This document shows, one piece after another, positions 49,965 through 61,960 of a stretch of DNA of 64,000 nucleotides. The position numbers and the translations under genes are program-made. Under the pieces are notes generated by a model, which was given only the letters and a program-made list of their open reading frames with translations, was not told the origin of the DNA and made no database searches. Positions within the stretch are counted from its first letter, which is position 1, and the number at the start of each line of letters is the position of its first letter. Origin of the DNA: Balanoglossus misakiensis (Eukaryota > Animalia > Hemichordata); the NCBI GenBank assembly GCA_040954595.2, contig CM082598.2, forward strand, positions 868,001 to 932,000, written 5' to 3'.

Positions 49965-52900
49965 GAATAGTGAAAATGATTTTACAATGCAATATGGCAG
50001 AAATGCAATTTCTTTGTTCAATTCTAATGCCTGCGTCTTTAAGAAAATGCGTAAATTTCACCGTCAAGGCAATGTTGATAGTGACCATGATTGGTTTATA
50101 TAAATCTGAGAACTTTCTTTTTATCACAACAAAACACACTCACAACAACAGGAAGGCCACGTCCAAGGCCATAATTGTGCCATGATGCACGTTTTAAAAA
50201 TATTATCTCTTACCCATTGCTGTCTTGAAATATAAAAACTTGAATTTTATCATGTGTAGTCATTTTAATGGTGACTGGTTTATGTCAATGTGAAAGCTCA
50301 GTCCATTAGCGGATATAGGGGTTCATTAAGGGTAGAATTGGTTGAAATCGTGATTGTCTAAATCCGAGTTCAGCCACTTTGGATGAGATTAGAATCACAA
50401 GGTCTGTTTTCATGACAGTTCTGTTGGAACCCACACCAAAAGAAGTATTTGTGCATAATCCCAGTGAACTAACAAAACGATTATCTGAGATACATGTAGC
50501 CATCAGTCATCTTATGTTTTAATTATGAAAAATACAATATTTCTGAAGATCTTTAGAATATTCACCTTTACCTTACTATCAATGATATTTCTTAAGTTTG
50601 GAACTAAAATCATAAAAATAATACGAGGAAATAACCTCAACGAAGTTTAAATTTATCAACTTTTACCCGTTCTGTATTTTAAAATATCATTTCGATTTAT
50701 TTAGGTTCAAGTTTGGCAAAGAATAATTTGATATTATATCTGACTCATATAACATAATTATAGTCAACAGAAATTGACCTAAAATATTTAATATAGTTTT
50801 CAGAAAATGGCAGTGTATTATTAAACATTAGACATTTAAGTTTCACAAATATATGTTCACCAGACTTGGTCATAAAATTTTAGACAAACAGATTGTGTAA
50901 ATATGAAGAACGTCAGAGTTTTTTTTTCCATATTGAATGTTTTGTATTCCGTGCTGCAGAGAGATACATTGTCCATATCCTGTAGAAAACCTCTGTGGAT
51001 AAATTATAAATGTACATTGATTTCCAGTATTGACGTCATGACTGCTTTAGAATTCTATCTTCCAGCCAGGACCCTTGCATTATTTTTAGGGGGGAGTAAC
51101 ACTGTCAGAGTGTGCATTTGATAATTTTTATTAAATATACATTGAGGTACACTGTCACAGATGTTAGATGATGAAGCTAATGACACAGTTGTTAAAATGA
51201 TTTGTTCTCTTGTATCAGCCTAGGGTGGGTTCTTTCATATTAGCTTGGAGTATTTGATACCTGCAACAAAAAATGGTTTCTTCCATCGTTGTCATGGAGG
51301 ACACTAATGATATTGGAATATTGATCAGCGTGGTTGGGTTATACTATTTTTGAAAGAGGTACTAGTACTTCAAAGGAATGTTCGTAAAAACTGTAATCTA
51401 TCATGATGAGAGAATATTCCAATATTCAAATACTTTAGTTTTCATTTTTGTGCTGATGAACAAATCTGATGTGAATTAACAAGTTTCAATAGAAAGCATT
51501 TGTTAAAATTTCTCCCGAATTTATTCATGTAGTGTGTTATACAGTTACAAAAATCCCAAATGTAAATTCCATTATCATTTTTTTTGTATTTCCCCGAAAT
51601 CATTTATGTGTACCTTTTTATCCGTAAAACAGAAAAGACTTAAAATTATATCTTACTTCACTGCAGTTACCAGAGTTTGGTCATTACACTATTTCCATAG
51701 ACCCTTCTCTCCCTACTATTTCGAAATGGACTATTCTCATTTAGTAATGTTCCCTTTTTGTCCCCAACATGAATATATTATGACCCGTTCTTGGGATATT
51801 GACTGCTATCCGCCATTTCACAGTACTTTTTCCATAATTTTTTCCATGGACTAAAAATACGTATTTGACAAAAACATTGCAAAGTGGACATCATCCTTAA
51901 TGTGGTCCTGAATGCTCTGTACACCGTGAAGCAATTTGGATCTGTTTTTTTCCTTTTCACTCGCTCTTTTTTCGAAGGTAAGATTTTTCCGCTGAGTATG
52001 TGAGCAGCCTTCCACTATTGATTGCTTTTCATGGCGTGTGGCGTTTGGATATATTTAGACCTTTATTTCCCTTGATAGTGAATTTCACACAAAGATACGC
52101 AAACAAATACAGAGTAGAAAATCATGAGAAATGTGTATACCAGTATTTTTACTGAATTTAAACCAGATTTCTGTTCTCTATTCTCTAATATTTTTGTTTA
52201 ATTCGACGTGATTACCTTGCAAGGGTCCAACAATAGGGATTTCCATTAATGCTGTATTACAATCTGATCAAAACACCACTTCCAATTATAATCATCTTCA
52301 ATGGTTATAGTCTTATTTTAACCGCCAAATGAGAACAAAATTCTTCTTTAGTTTTATTTGAAATTCATCCTTTTTAATAAGTCTCCTGTGAAATAAAATA
52401 AATCTTGATTTATTGCATTTTTCATATTCGACATAACAGAATTACACCTTTCCTATCTTAATAATTTAATTAACATTATTAATTGAGCAATTTTAGTGAG
52501 CACTCTACACAGTATTTATTGCAACCCCAGAATTGTATGTCCATTTCTGTTGCGTATGAAATGCCAGATTTGGCACCTTTTATGATATGAATTGGTAGCG
52601 TTTTCTAAACAGAAAAGAATCAAAATATTGCTGATTACAGACTGATTATATTTATCACATGTTTGGACACACACTGCATCAGTAGAAGTGATCATAGTTG
52701 CTGGACAACAAAATGTTTATCTCATTGTGTGAAACCCTTCTGTCGATGAAGTCATCCTTTTCTAGAATCATGACACTCATTTTGGATGGGATTACTGTTA
52801 TTTTATGTTTCATATGTGTGGTATACATGTATTTCTGACCGTGGTTTTGAAATATCAATCACATTCAATTTGTAAGATTGTTGTTTGAGTTCATGTTTTT

Positions 52901-54326
52901 TCTGACTTAAATGAATACTCTGATTTTGCCACTCCAGACAGATTGTGGTTTTCCTGTAAACTAGAAAACACAATTTCGTACACAAAGACCAAAGAATCCA
53001 TTCAGAGTATGCAACAATGGATTTTAATATCATAATACCCAGATAGGTGATCTGTTTAAGTTTGATTTCTGACAATTGAACTGATGAACAATGGACAATA
53101 ATTTTATTTCAATATACATATCAATAGAGCCTCAGTTTATACAATATTACATAATTTTGTTTCCTGTACACTGCTCATGGTGAAAACACTTGGGATGGCT
53201 TATGACTCTGCACATGTATAAACTACCGAACATAAAGTGGGGCCACACTATGGGTAGTGATTACATCCAACCCGTCTAGAATAAACACTCGGCCATTACA
53301 CACTATCCATTCCATGTTCCACTATCAGTAGAAGCATGAATAACAACTCGATAATTTAATTAGTCTTTGCCTTGAAAAACACTTAAGCTTCCAAATTCCT
53401 GCTTGATGGCATTTTTTGATTGCAGAAATATGTTTCCACTTGACAATATGAAAATATGTTAAGCCTGTGGTCGGCTCTTTTATATTGAGAAAATCTTGTC
53501 AGTTTAATAGCAATCCAGCAAATGTCACCATCGTAATTAAAATCTACATTTTACTGGGTGACCTTTTGTCTCTGGTTGAATATTTTGTTTGACACATTAT
53601 GTCTCATAAAAAACCATACCAGTACGTGCACAGACTTTTTGCAGTCAAATGAAATGGAATTAAAATTCTTGTACTCAAAATGAAAAGGACAGGAACGGTT
53701 AAGTCTTCGTCCAGATGTTGTCAGAATTATTTTGAACCAACTGTGTGTCATGTCAGTTGATCTCCATTGAAATGTCTCAGAAATATTTAGCGTACTCAGT
53801 GAATATTTTAAATTAGCTTTGTCTACATTGTAGCTATACGTAACATAATGGCATGTAGATTGTGTTCAATGGCTTTAATGAATTAGTACACTTATTGGAC
53901 TTGAAAGTTCATCAGCAATGGAATTATATTGTTGTCTCTGTTATGTGCTCATTCTTTTGTCAAAAGAATTCTTTTGCTACCCTGGCTGATTTTCAAAGAT
54001 CATGGGTGGGGTTCAAGTTGTATTGTGTTTATAGAAATTATAGTGGAAATTTTTAAGTTCTATGTTTAAAGTGATTGTTACATCAAGTCCTTAGAAAATT
54101 CTCTGTAAGTGTAATTTTCAAGGCAGACTTGTGCCTTTTAAGTCTTGAATTTAAGTTTGTGCAGAAAAAGATGAATCTGTTGTTGATGTCCTTGTCTTTG
54201 TCTGTTGGAAATCAAAATTAAACTTTGCTTTACAACTTCACCAATGTATAAAGCAACAAAGAATAACCTTGTATTTCATGTTTGTGTTTCATTTCAGGTC
54301 ACAGTCTTTAATTTCTTCAACCCCAA

Positions 54327-57300
54327 ATGCCGATCATCATGGCGGATAACTACATTTTCAGAAAATTACAAGAAGCAGCTACAGGAGCTGCCGATACAGG
54401 TGGAGGTGATTCCCCAACTGGTGGTGGAGACACGACAGGTATTTCTTTAGAGAGTTTAGTTTTGATACTGTAAAACACATTGAAAATAAAATAACAAGCT
54501 AGCTAAATAGCCATGTTTTACAGTGGTACATGTACCATATCACCATGTTATACGTGTACATGTGAAATTACGTACTAAGATAATCCATATACATACATAT
54601 GTTAACAACATTTACAATAAATCATGTTATAGATTGGGATATTCATTTCTACTATATGTAGAATGTGTAATTTATTCATTCATTCATTCATTGATGTATT
54701 CATTTGTCCTTTCATTCATTTGTTCATTCATTGATGCATTCATTTATCGTTTCATTGATTCATAGATGGTGGAGGTGGAGGTGACAGTGGCTTTGATATA
54801 GGCCGTGGTGCCTCCCATCTTGCAGACAAGTTTGTAGATAAATTGAAAGAACTTCCACGTAAGTATTTCATTTTCATGGCATTTTCTACATATCCTCTCG
54901 GCTCCAGTCAGGTTCAACTTTACTAGTTATGGTAGTAATGTGCCTTGGAGAGAATTCTAAACTAAAAGAAGAAAACAGGATGATCGTCTTGTTTACATAA
55001 AAATCACTACTTTAATTTGTCTCCGTCAGAGGCTGACGGCCATTTTGACTTTTAAATTTGAGACGATATTGCTTTCTCAGTAAAAATGTTGCTCAATGAT
55101 CCCTGATGTTGATTCTCCATTACAAGAGAGAGTAAACTAGTTGTCTTGAGAATAAAATGAGAAGAATTTTAAGACATTGGTTTCCAAGGCACATAATTCC
55201 ATAAGGTGATATCTGTGTTGTCATTGGTCGGTGGTATTTGATTTGATTCAAATGCAACATTGGTTGACATATGTGAAGGGTGTATATCCTCTATTGTTGG
55301 AATTCACACACACTGTCTTTGTACCTGTTCATCCAATTAATGGATGCACATTGTTTTCTACAACTCACTCTTGATAAGTTCCATCTAGCACCCAAAAAGT
55401 CACAAGTTTTGGTTTGTTTTCAAATCACTCATTGTCGATACCTGGCCTTGTGTTTCATTCTGAATCAAAGCTCTGTGTTTAGTGTAATTAAGCAATGATG
55501 TGGATGCCTTGGTCTGAATTTTTATTAAAATCCACAAAAAACAAGTGTTCACATAATTTTGAATGGTTTGGACAGGATTCAGGTGTTCTATTAACTGATC
55601 TGCCCTTTTGAAGTTTTCTAAATATCTCTTAGCTTTGGTGGCTGGCTGTGTGTTTAGCATGTGGTGATGTGATGAGGTCAAAGGTTGACTGGTGATGGGA
55701 AAAGACAAGAAAGTTTTGGTGTCTTTTAGGTCAAAAACATAAGTGTGTGCATTTGTTTGTTTGGATTGTAGTATGTCACGTCTGGTGATTGGTGGCTGGG
55801 AGTTTGTTCAAAATGGAATATCTAGTTTATTTTGCCCCCAATATTTTGTCTAGTAGACCATAGCTATAGAGATGTATCCGGGAACGTGATGCAGGGTTAC
55901 AAGAGATACGAGCCAACACAGCTTATGTATACAATAACACCAACGAGTGGCAATACAACAGAAGCAGGAGGGATTATATCCGGGATCCTGTCCGACATTG
56001 AAAACTTAGCAGGGTCGTCCGTGTCAGCGTGGATTGTTGCAATTCTAGTTCTAAGCCTTGTAGTTATCCTTGTCATTTGTCTGGCCATAACTTACATTGC
56101 ATATTGCAAGAATGGGAAAAAAGGAAAAAAGGTTATACATATTATCATCTTATAGTTACGTTATACAGAGATGAATTATTTCTGCCATCGCTAATAGAAG
56201 TTCAATATGGCAGAAACATTTCATCTTTTGAGATTCTGGTTGTCAAGGTTACTTTGTTTTCCCTGTGTTCACTACAGAGAAGCCAAAGTGAATCATTGAC
56301 ATAAGTCAGAATGCTTTAGAAGTCAACATCTGTGCATATACAGTTTATAATAGAGCTTATCTTTTTGCTGAGGGGGTGCTTTGATATCTGTGACGTCTTC
56401 AAGATTACGAAGAGAGACTCCAGACACCTGTCAGTGCTGCCAATCAACAGAGTATCTTTTTTCCAATTTGACATCACAGAATGAAATGTTCTGATTTGAA
56501 ACAGCGTTTTTTCAGATTGTGCAAGCACTTGAACAGACATCAGGAAACATTTTCAGAAACTATGGAATCTACCACAGATTAATGATAAGCACCCCCTGGT
56601 TACAGGATAAAGTTGATCTTTTTGTTTTTCCATCTACAGCATGGATTATGCAGAGAAATGATCTCAGCATGACGTTTGCTTCTAATTCTGATATTTTCTC
56701 TTCATCATCAGTGCCCATGTGGGCGATCATAGCCATAGCTATTGTTGCGGGACTTCTACTTCTCTGCTGTTGTATCTGCATTTGTAAGAAATGTTGCTGC
56801 AAGAAGAAAAAAAAGAAGGAAGGAAAGAAAGGATTGAAGGGTGCTGTGGACTTGAAGAGTGTTCAAATGCTCGGAGCTAGTTATAAGGAAAAGGTCTGCA
56901 CAAGGGTTCTGTCCTCTCTGCATGATTGTGTTTCCAAACTCTTTCTGGGGATTTCCACGGCAAAGCTGTACACTCTCCAATACAACAAATTCAGCCATTG
57001 GTCTGTCCATGTTGCCATCACCAATCCATATATTTACTTTATATCAATTGTCCAATAAATGTCCATGTTTAAGTTCAGATGGCTGTAGATTTTGTATCTG
57101 GAGTGTACAGCAAGCTAGGGGTACCATTATACTGTTCTGATATTGTCCTGTTTTGTGTACTGTCCTGTCTTTTTGCTCTGGTGATATTCAAATCCGATAT
57201 TGTGTGCCTATTTCATCCATTTCACTGTGAAGTGCACTGATGGTATTAGGGTGGTTACCCCTGGACATTTCCCAGCCACATGCACCAATCAGGGTTAGAG

Positions 57301-60300
57301 ATATGGAGTGTCTGGTGGGTACATATCCAGGGGGTAACTATCCTAGAACTACACTGATGTATCAACTAGCATGTTTCTACATTGCAAACACATGCACCCT
57401 GCAAGATATAAGGTATTCTTGGCACATCTTCCTCCATTGCAGAAAGTTCAATTAAATCCACCACATCACTTTCACAAAGCAACATTTTGAGATTGCAACC
57501 AGTAGTTCTGAAAATGTCATTTTTTTGTCATTCTCGTGAATTGTCTGGTAATGTTTGTGACTCTGATGGTCTTTGTATTTTTCTCCTTACACACGATATT
57601 GCATCATGCACACCTTTACATTTACTGGTTGGTATTGATCATTTTGCGTGTAACTGACTTCTTCAACCCCCCTTTTTTCCAAACCTAGTCTTGTTAGATT
57701 TATCGTAACTTTCACAAACAAGACAGGGAGCAATACAATCCTTTAAAGTCACACAATGTTTAAGTAGTCATGACAATTCCAATTTCCAATTTTTTTCTAC
57801 TAGTTTCTATCTGAATCATCTAAACTTCAAGAAATAGACATCTCATTCCAAAGTAACCATGAAAACCGATTATGAAGTCATTCTGACAGCTTAATGGATT
57901 TTAAGGGATTTGTATGAACCCTGTTCAATAATACAGACATACTGCAAACATGTAAAGACACAGACAGACACAAACACACACACACAAATCTACATGTGTG
58001 CACACATATGCACGTGCATACACAGACACATGCACAAACAAAAGCACACACATACTCTGTACATACAATATACATACATACACACACAAGCAAACACACA
58101 TATACCTAATTTTCTATCAACTAATTTGACACTAAACCTTCTATCAACCATCATCACTTTTCCACTCGTAGTTCCTGCAGCAGCATGCTTCAATTTTTCT
58201 ACCATAATCCAGAAATGATCTGTTTATATTCTAATCCTGGTGTGATTTTAAAACCAACCAAAGTCCTCCAATCCCAGCAACCTCAGCAGATGCACGTGTT
58301 CAAATTGCCTCGAGTTTCCCGCTTTTATAACCAACAATTGCCAGCAAACTATCATTGCCATTTCACAATACACAAAAAATCGTAGCTTTTCTGACAAAAT
58401 GTCTTCAATTCACAAGTGACCTGTTTGCGAAATCCCTGGTCTGATGCATTGCAATAAAACAAGTTCACCTCTCTTTTGTGATCAGTACCTGATTGAAAAT
58501 CACAGAATACATTCTGAGTTTACAAACAAGTGTTGAAATGGCAATGAATGGTTGATTCGCACAATGTTTTTTGCCTTTGCTTTTCCAGCAACCAAAAAAC
58601 CCAAACGAGAACATACTATCATCATCTCCTTTCAGCCAATAGAAAGCATGTATACGAATACTGAATCCAGATCACCTGTGTAGTGACCAATTAAAAACTG
58701 TGTTCAATGCAGACCACTTTAAGTATCCAATCAGGCATTTGATGACAGAAGATGGAGATAGTTTGTTACCGTTGGAATAAAATTGCTCGCTTGATGTTTT
58801 GTTGAGATGTTTTTCCCCCATTACAATTTGCTTTGTTTTGGAGTGAGTTCATGCTTACAATCATACAGTTTTTACGATGTAGTAAATTGAATCCAAGAAA
58901 ATCCTTTCCAAAGATTAAATGAATATTTAAATGAATATGTTAAGGTGAACTCAACTCGAAGTATAGGAGATTGTATGAATGGAGTCTGTGTTTATTTCTG
59001 TGAATAATACAACTAACATTTCAAATTGTAACCATGGTAACAAAGTGTTTTCAGTTGATGTATTGAGTTGGAAAATTCCATTTATTATTCTGTTGTTGGG
59101 AAAAGAATTCTCTGATTTTAGTTTGGCAGATTGTTTTCATGTCAAAGAATGAAGCTCTTGCAGTCAATGCTTGAATGATATGGACATCAAATCTGACATG
59201 TTCGTGTTTGTTTCTCTTGTGACAAAATTTAAATAGCGAAGGACTTTCAAAAGATTTCCATCAGAATGCAGAAGTCTGTGTCTTATTAAATATGACTGTA
59301 TCAATAACAGGTTCTTGCCTTTTCTCTCAGAATGTTGCAAGAACAAAATCAACTAGGACTTGTCAAATTTTGATGCCCAGTTATAAAAAAATATCAACTG
59401 AAAACAGTCTTTGTGTATCATGCCTCATATTTTTTGCATTTTCATTGTTTTTATGTCTTTATTATACATTGAAATCTTTGCATGGTCAATGTCACATATC
59501 CTCCCTGTGAAACATGGAAAGTGGACTAACCCTCAGGATAGGACAGTAGGACTTTTCCAAATACAGCAGTTGCAGGGAGGGAAGATGATTGTTGAGCATT
59601 GCAATGATATACCCATTTCTGAATTATAATTTTTGTATGATTCCCTGATATTTAAGTATTTAATCTGTCATAAATCTGTTCTCAATTTGACATACCATTC
59701 AAGAAAATTCATGTATCTTAAATGAAAAAACTTGCTTTTGTTTAATTTATTTTCAAATCAATATTCTTTCGTATTGAATAAGTCACCAGTGACATACCAT
59801 ACATTAAGGTGTAAGGAACAGCTTTCTGTCAAATTCAGATCAAGTTCAGATTTCAATTGGTATAAAATATTGAACCAACTTTTGTCAAATTAATATTGAC
59901 AGTTATTTGTACGGTTAACCAGCAAAGGAACACAGAAGTAACTTGGTTATGACCTTTGACCTTACTAGGTTCAGCCGGATGTGGAAGAATTGGATGGTGC
60001 CGGTGGTGAAGATCAAGAAGACACGGATTCGGTCAAATCAGAACTTAAACTGGGAAAACTGCAATTCTCCTTGGATTATGACTTCCAGGAAGGAAAGGTT
60101 AGCAAGAGCCATTAACCCTTTCACCATATTTGCGACGGTAATCTTTACCACCAAAACCGTAATCTCTTATATCTGGTTTGTCTCTTAGTTGACTGTTGGT
60201 GTAATACAAGCAGCCGATCTACCAGGCATGGATTTCTCTGGCACTTCTGATCCCTACGTCAAAGTTTATTTACTACCGGATAAGAAGAAGAAATATGAAA

Positions 60301-61960
60301 CCAAAGTTCACAGGAAGACTCTTAATCCTGTCTTCAATGAGACATTTACATTCAAGGTTAGTTCAACATGATTTGTTTACTGGCAGTTTAGTCTTGGCAG
60401 TGGCTTGTGCAGGTTGGGATGTGGTCTCGCATAAAAGTTTTCTGCGAGGTTGTTTTCATATAGTTGGCACAAGCTCATACCCTCTGTGCTCTGTTGTGAC
60501 ATTCCTGATGATTGTGCCTGCGCTCTCCATTTTGACAAAGAAGGCACGAGTGACATCTGACAATCTGGGCAGGATTCAGTTTCACCTCTGAAGTCCTGAA
60601 ATTTCAAAACAGATAGGTCTTTGAAAGTCTCTTGTATTCATGATTGAATTCCTTGTTCAACACAGGTTCCATACAGTGATGTGGCTGGTAAGACGCTGGT
60701 GTTTGCCATCTACGATTTTGATCGTTTCTCGCGCCATGATGTCATCGGTGAGGTCAAAGTGCCACTAGGCACAGTGGATCTGGGTCGTGTCATTGAAGAA
60801 TGGCGAGACTTGCAAAGTGCTGAAGTCCCAGGAGGAGAGGCAAGTCTTCTCAAACAGTCTGGTGTATTCTGATTGTATTCAATATAAAGTTCTTTGAATT
60901 TCTTATTTTGTTAACAATGTTTGAATTGACTGTTTTATTTTCCTGCAGGGCAAATCTGAGCTTGGTGATGTTTGTTTCTCTCTGCGTTATGTTCCAACTG
61001 CCGGTAAATTGACTGTTGTTGTCTTGGAAGCGAAGAACCTGAAGAAAATGGATGTCGGTGGACTGTCGGGTAATTGTTTGTTTGGCATGACAGATTCTCT
61101 TTTTGTCAACCTTTGGCTTTGATCTGATTACCCTATCGTAACTAATCTTTGTCACCCATATCCACAACAACTCAAGGCTACAAGATAGCCATAGAAAGAT
61201 CTGGGTTGAAACAATTGAGCACTGTTGCCATCTTTGTATCCCCTGACCTATTTACCTCAACCCATAATTCAGTGTGTGACTTGTGACTTATCCTTGTCAT
61301 CAGTCCTTACAGATGGTCACTTATTTTCATTTGATTGGTTGGTTGGTTGATTGATTGATTGATTGATTGATTGACAGATCCATATGTGAAGCTGTCGGTG
61401 TACATGGGTGGAAAGCGAATGAAGAAAAAGAAGACAAGTATAAAGAAGAGAACTCTGAATCCATATTACAACGAATCATTTGTTTTCGAAGTGCCCTTTG
61501 AACAGATACAGGTGAGAATTAGAACCAGATGTTCTCTGTGCTTTGCCACAGTTTATAATTGTCATTGCCAACTGTTTACACAATGTAATGTCAGTGTTTC
61601 CAACATTCTCTTCTGCAAACTTTTACCCTTTTATCGACTTATCAGAAATAGGTTTGACAACACCACTGCAACATCAGTAGAAAAGAATTTATAGCCAGGT
61701 TACCTCCAAAAGTTTTATCAATGTTTTCTAGGAAACTTGCTAATTCTTGTTGTCTTGTTTTTGTTTGTTCCCTGAAACAGAAAGTGACACTAGTGGTGAC
61801 AGTTGTTGACTATGACCGTATGGGCAGCAGTGAACCAATCGGAAAAGTTGTCCTTGGATGCAACGCATCAGGTGCTGGTCTCCGACATTGGAGTGACATG
61901 TTGGCATCGCCACGACGACCCATCGCCCAATGGCATACATTGGTGGAGCCAGACTCTTAA
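54327..61960 (+). CDS. SYT1: Synaptotagmin-1
   Basis: Exons 54327-54438, 54766-54858, 56712-56893 (TM + Cys/Lys cluster), 59969-60097, 60189-60356, 60666-60839, 60949-61069, 61378-61511, 61781-61960. C2A ([19 protein letters not shown]) and C2B (MDVGGLSDPYVK, KKKKT, DYDRMG) domains and C-terminal [11 protein letters not shown]. The start could be ATG 54327 or 54339. Confidence 0.95.
54675..54762. repeat. Degenerate (ATTC)n microsatellite forming the 3' end of a Syt1 intron
   Basis: attcattcattcattcattg... running up to the acceptor at 54765. Confidence 0.75.
55854..56131 (+). CDS. Candidate alternative lumenal+transmembrane exon of synaptotagmin-1
   Basis: 278-nt open frame, TAG|TAG tandem acceptor, AAG|GTTATA donor, phase 1 to 0 like the canonical TM exon. 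Encodes ...GNTTEAGG...[38 protein letters not shown]. Confidence 0.65.
57950..58103. repeat. CA-rich degenerate microsatellite
   Basis: acacagacagacacaaacacacacacac...catacacacacacaag. Confidence 0.8.
61332..61374. repeat. (GGTT)n/(GATT)n microsatellite next to a Syt1 acceptor
   Basis: tgattggttggttggttgattgattgattgattgattgattga|cag. Confidence 0.85.

Noticed and set aside
46400-54290. Short ORFs upstream of the Syt1 coding exons
   Set aside because: AT-rich, no homology or exon chain; consistent with long 5' UTR introns.
57878-58218. VC- and HT-rich ORFs
   Set aside because: Artefacts of a CA-rich low-complexity tract.
61070-61780. Search for the duplicated C2B exon known from protostome synaptotagmin I
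   Set aside because: Only one DPYVK...EQIQ exon is present and the flanking introns show no second copy.
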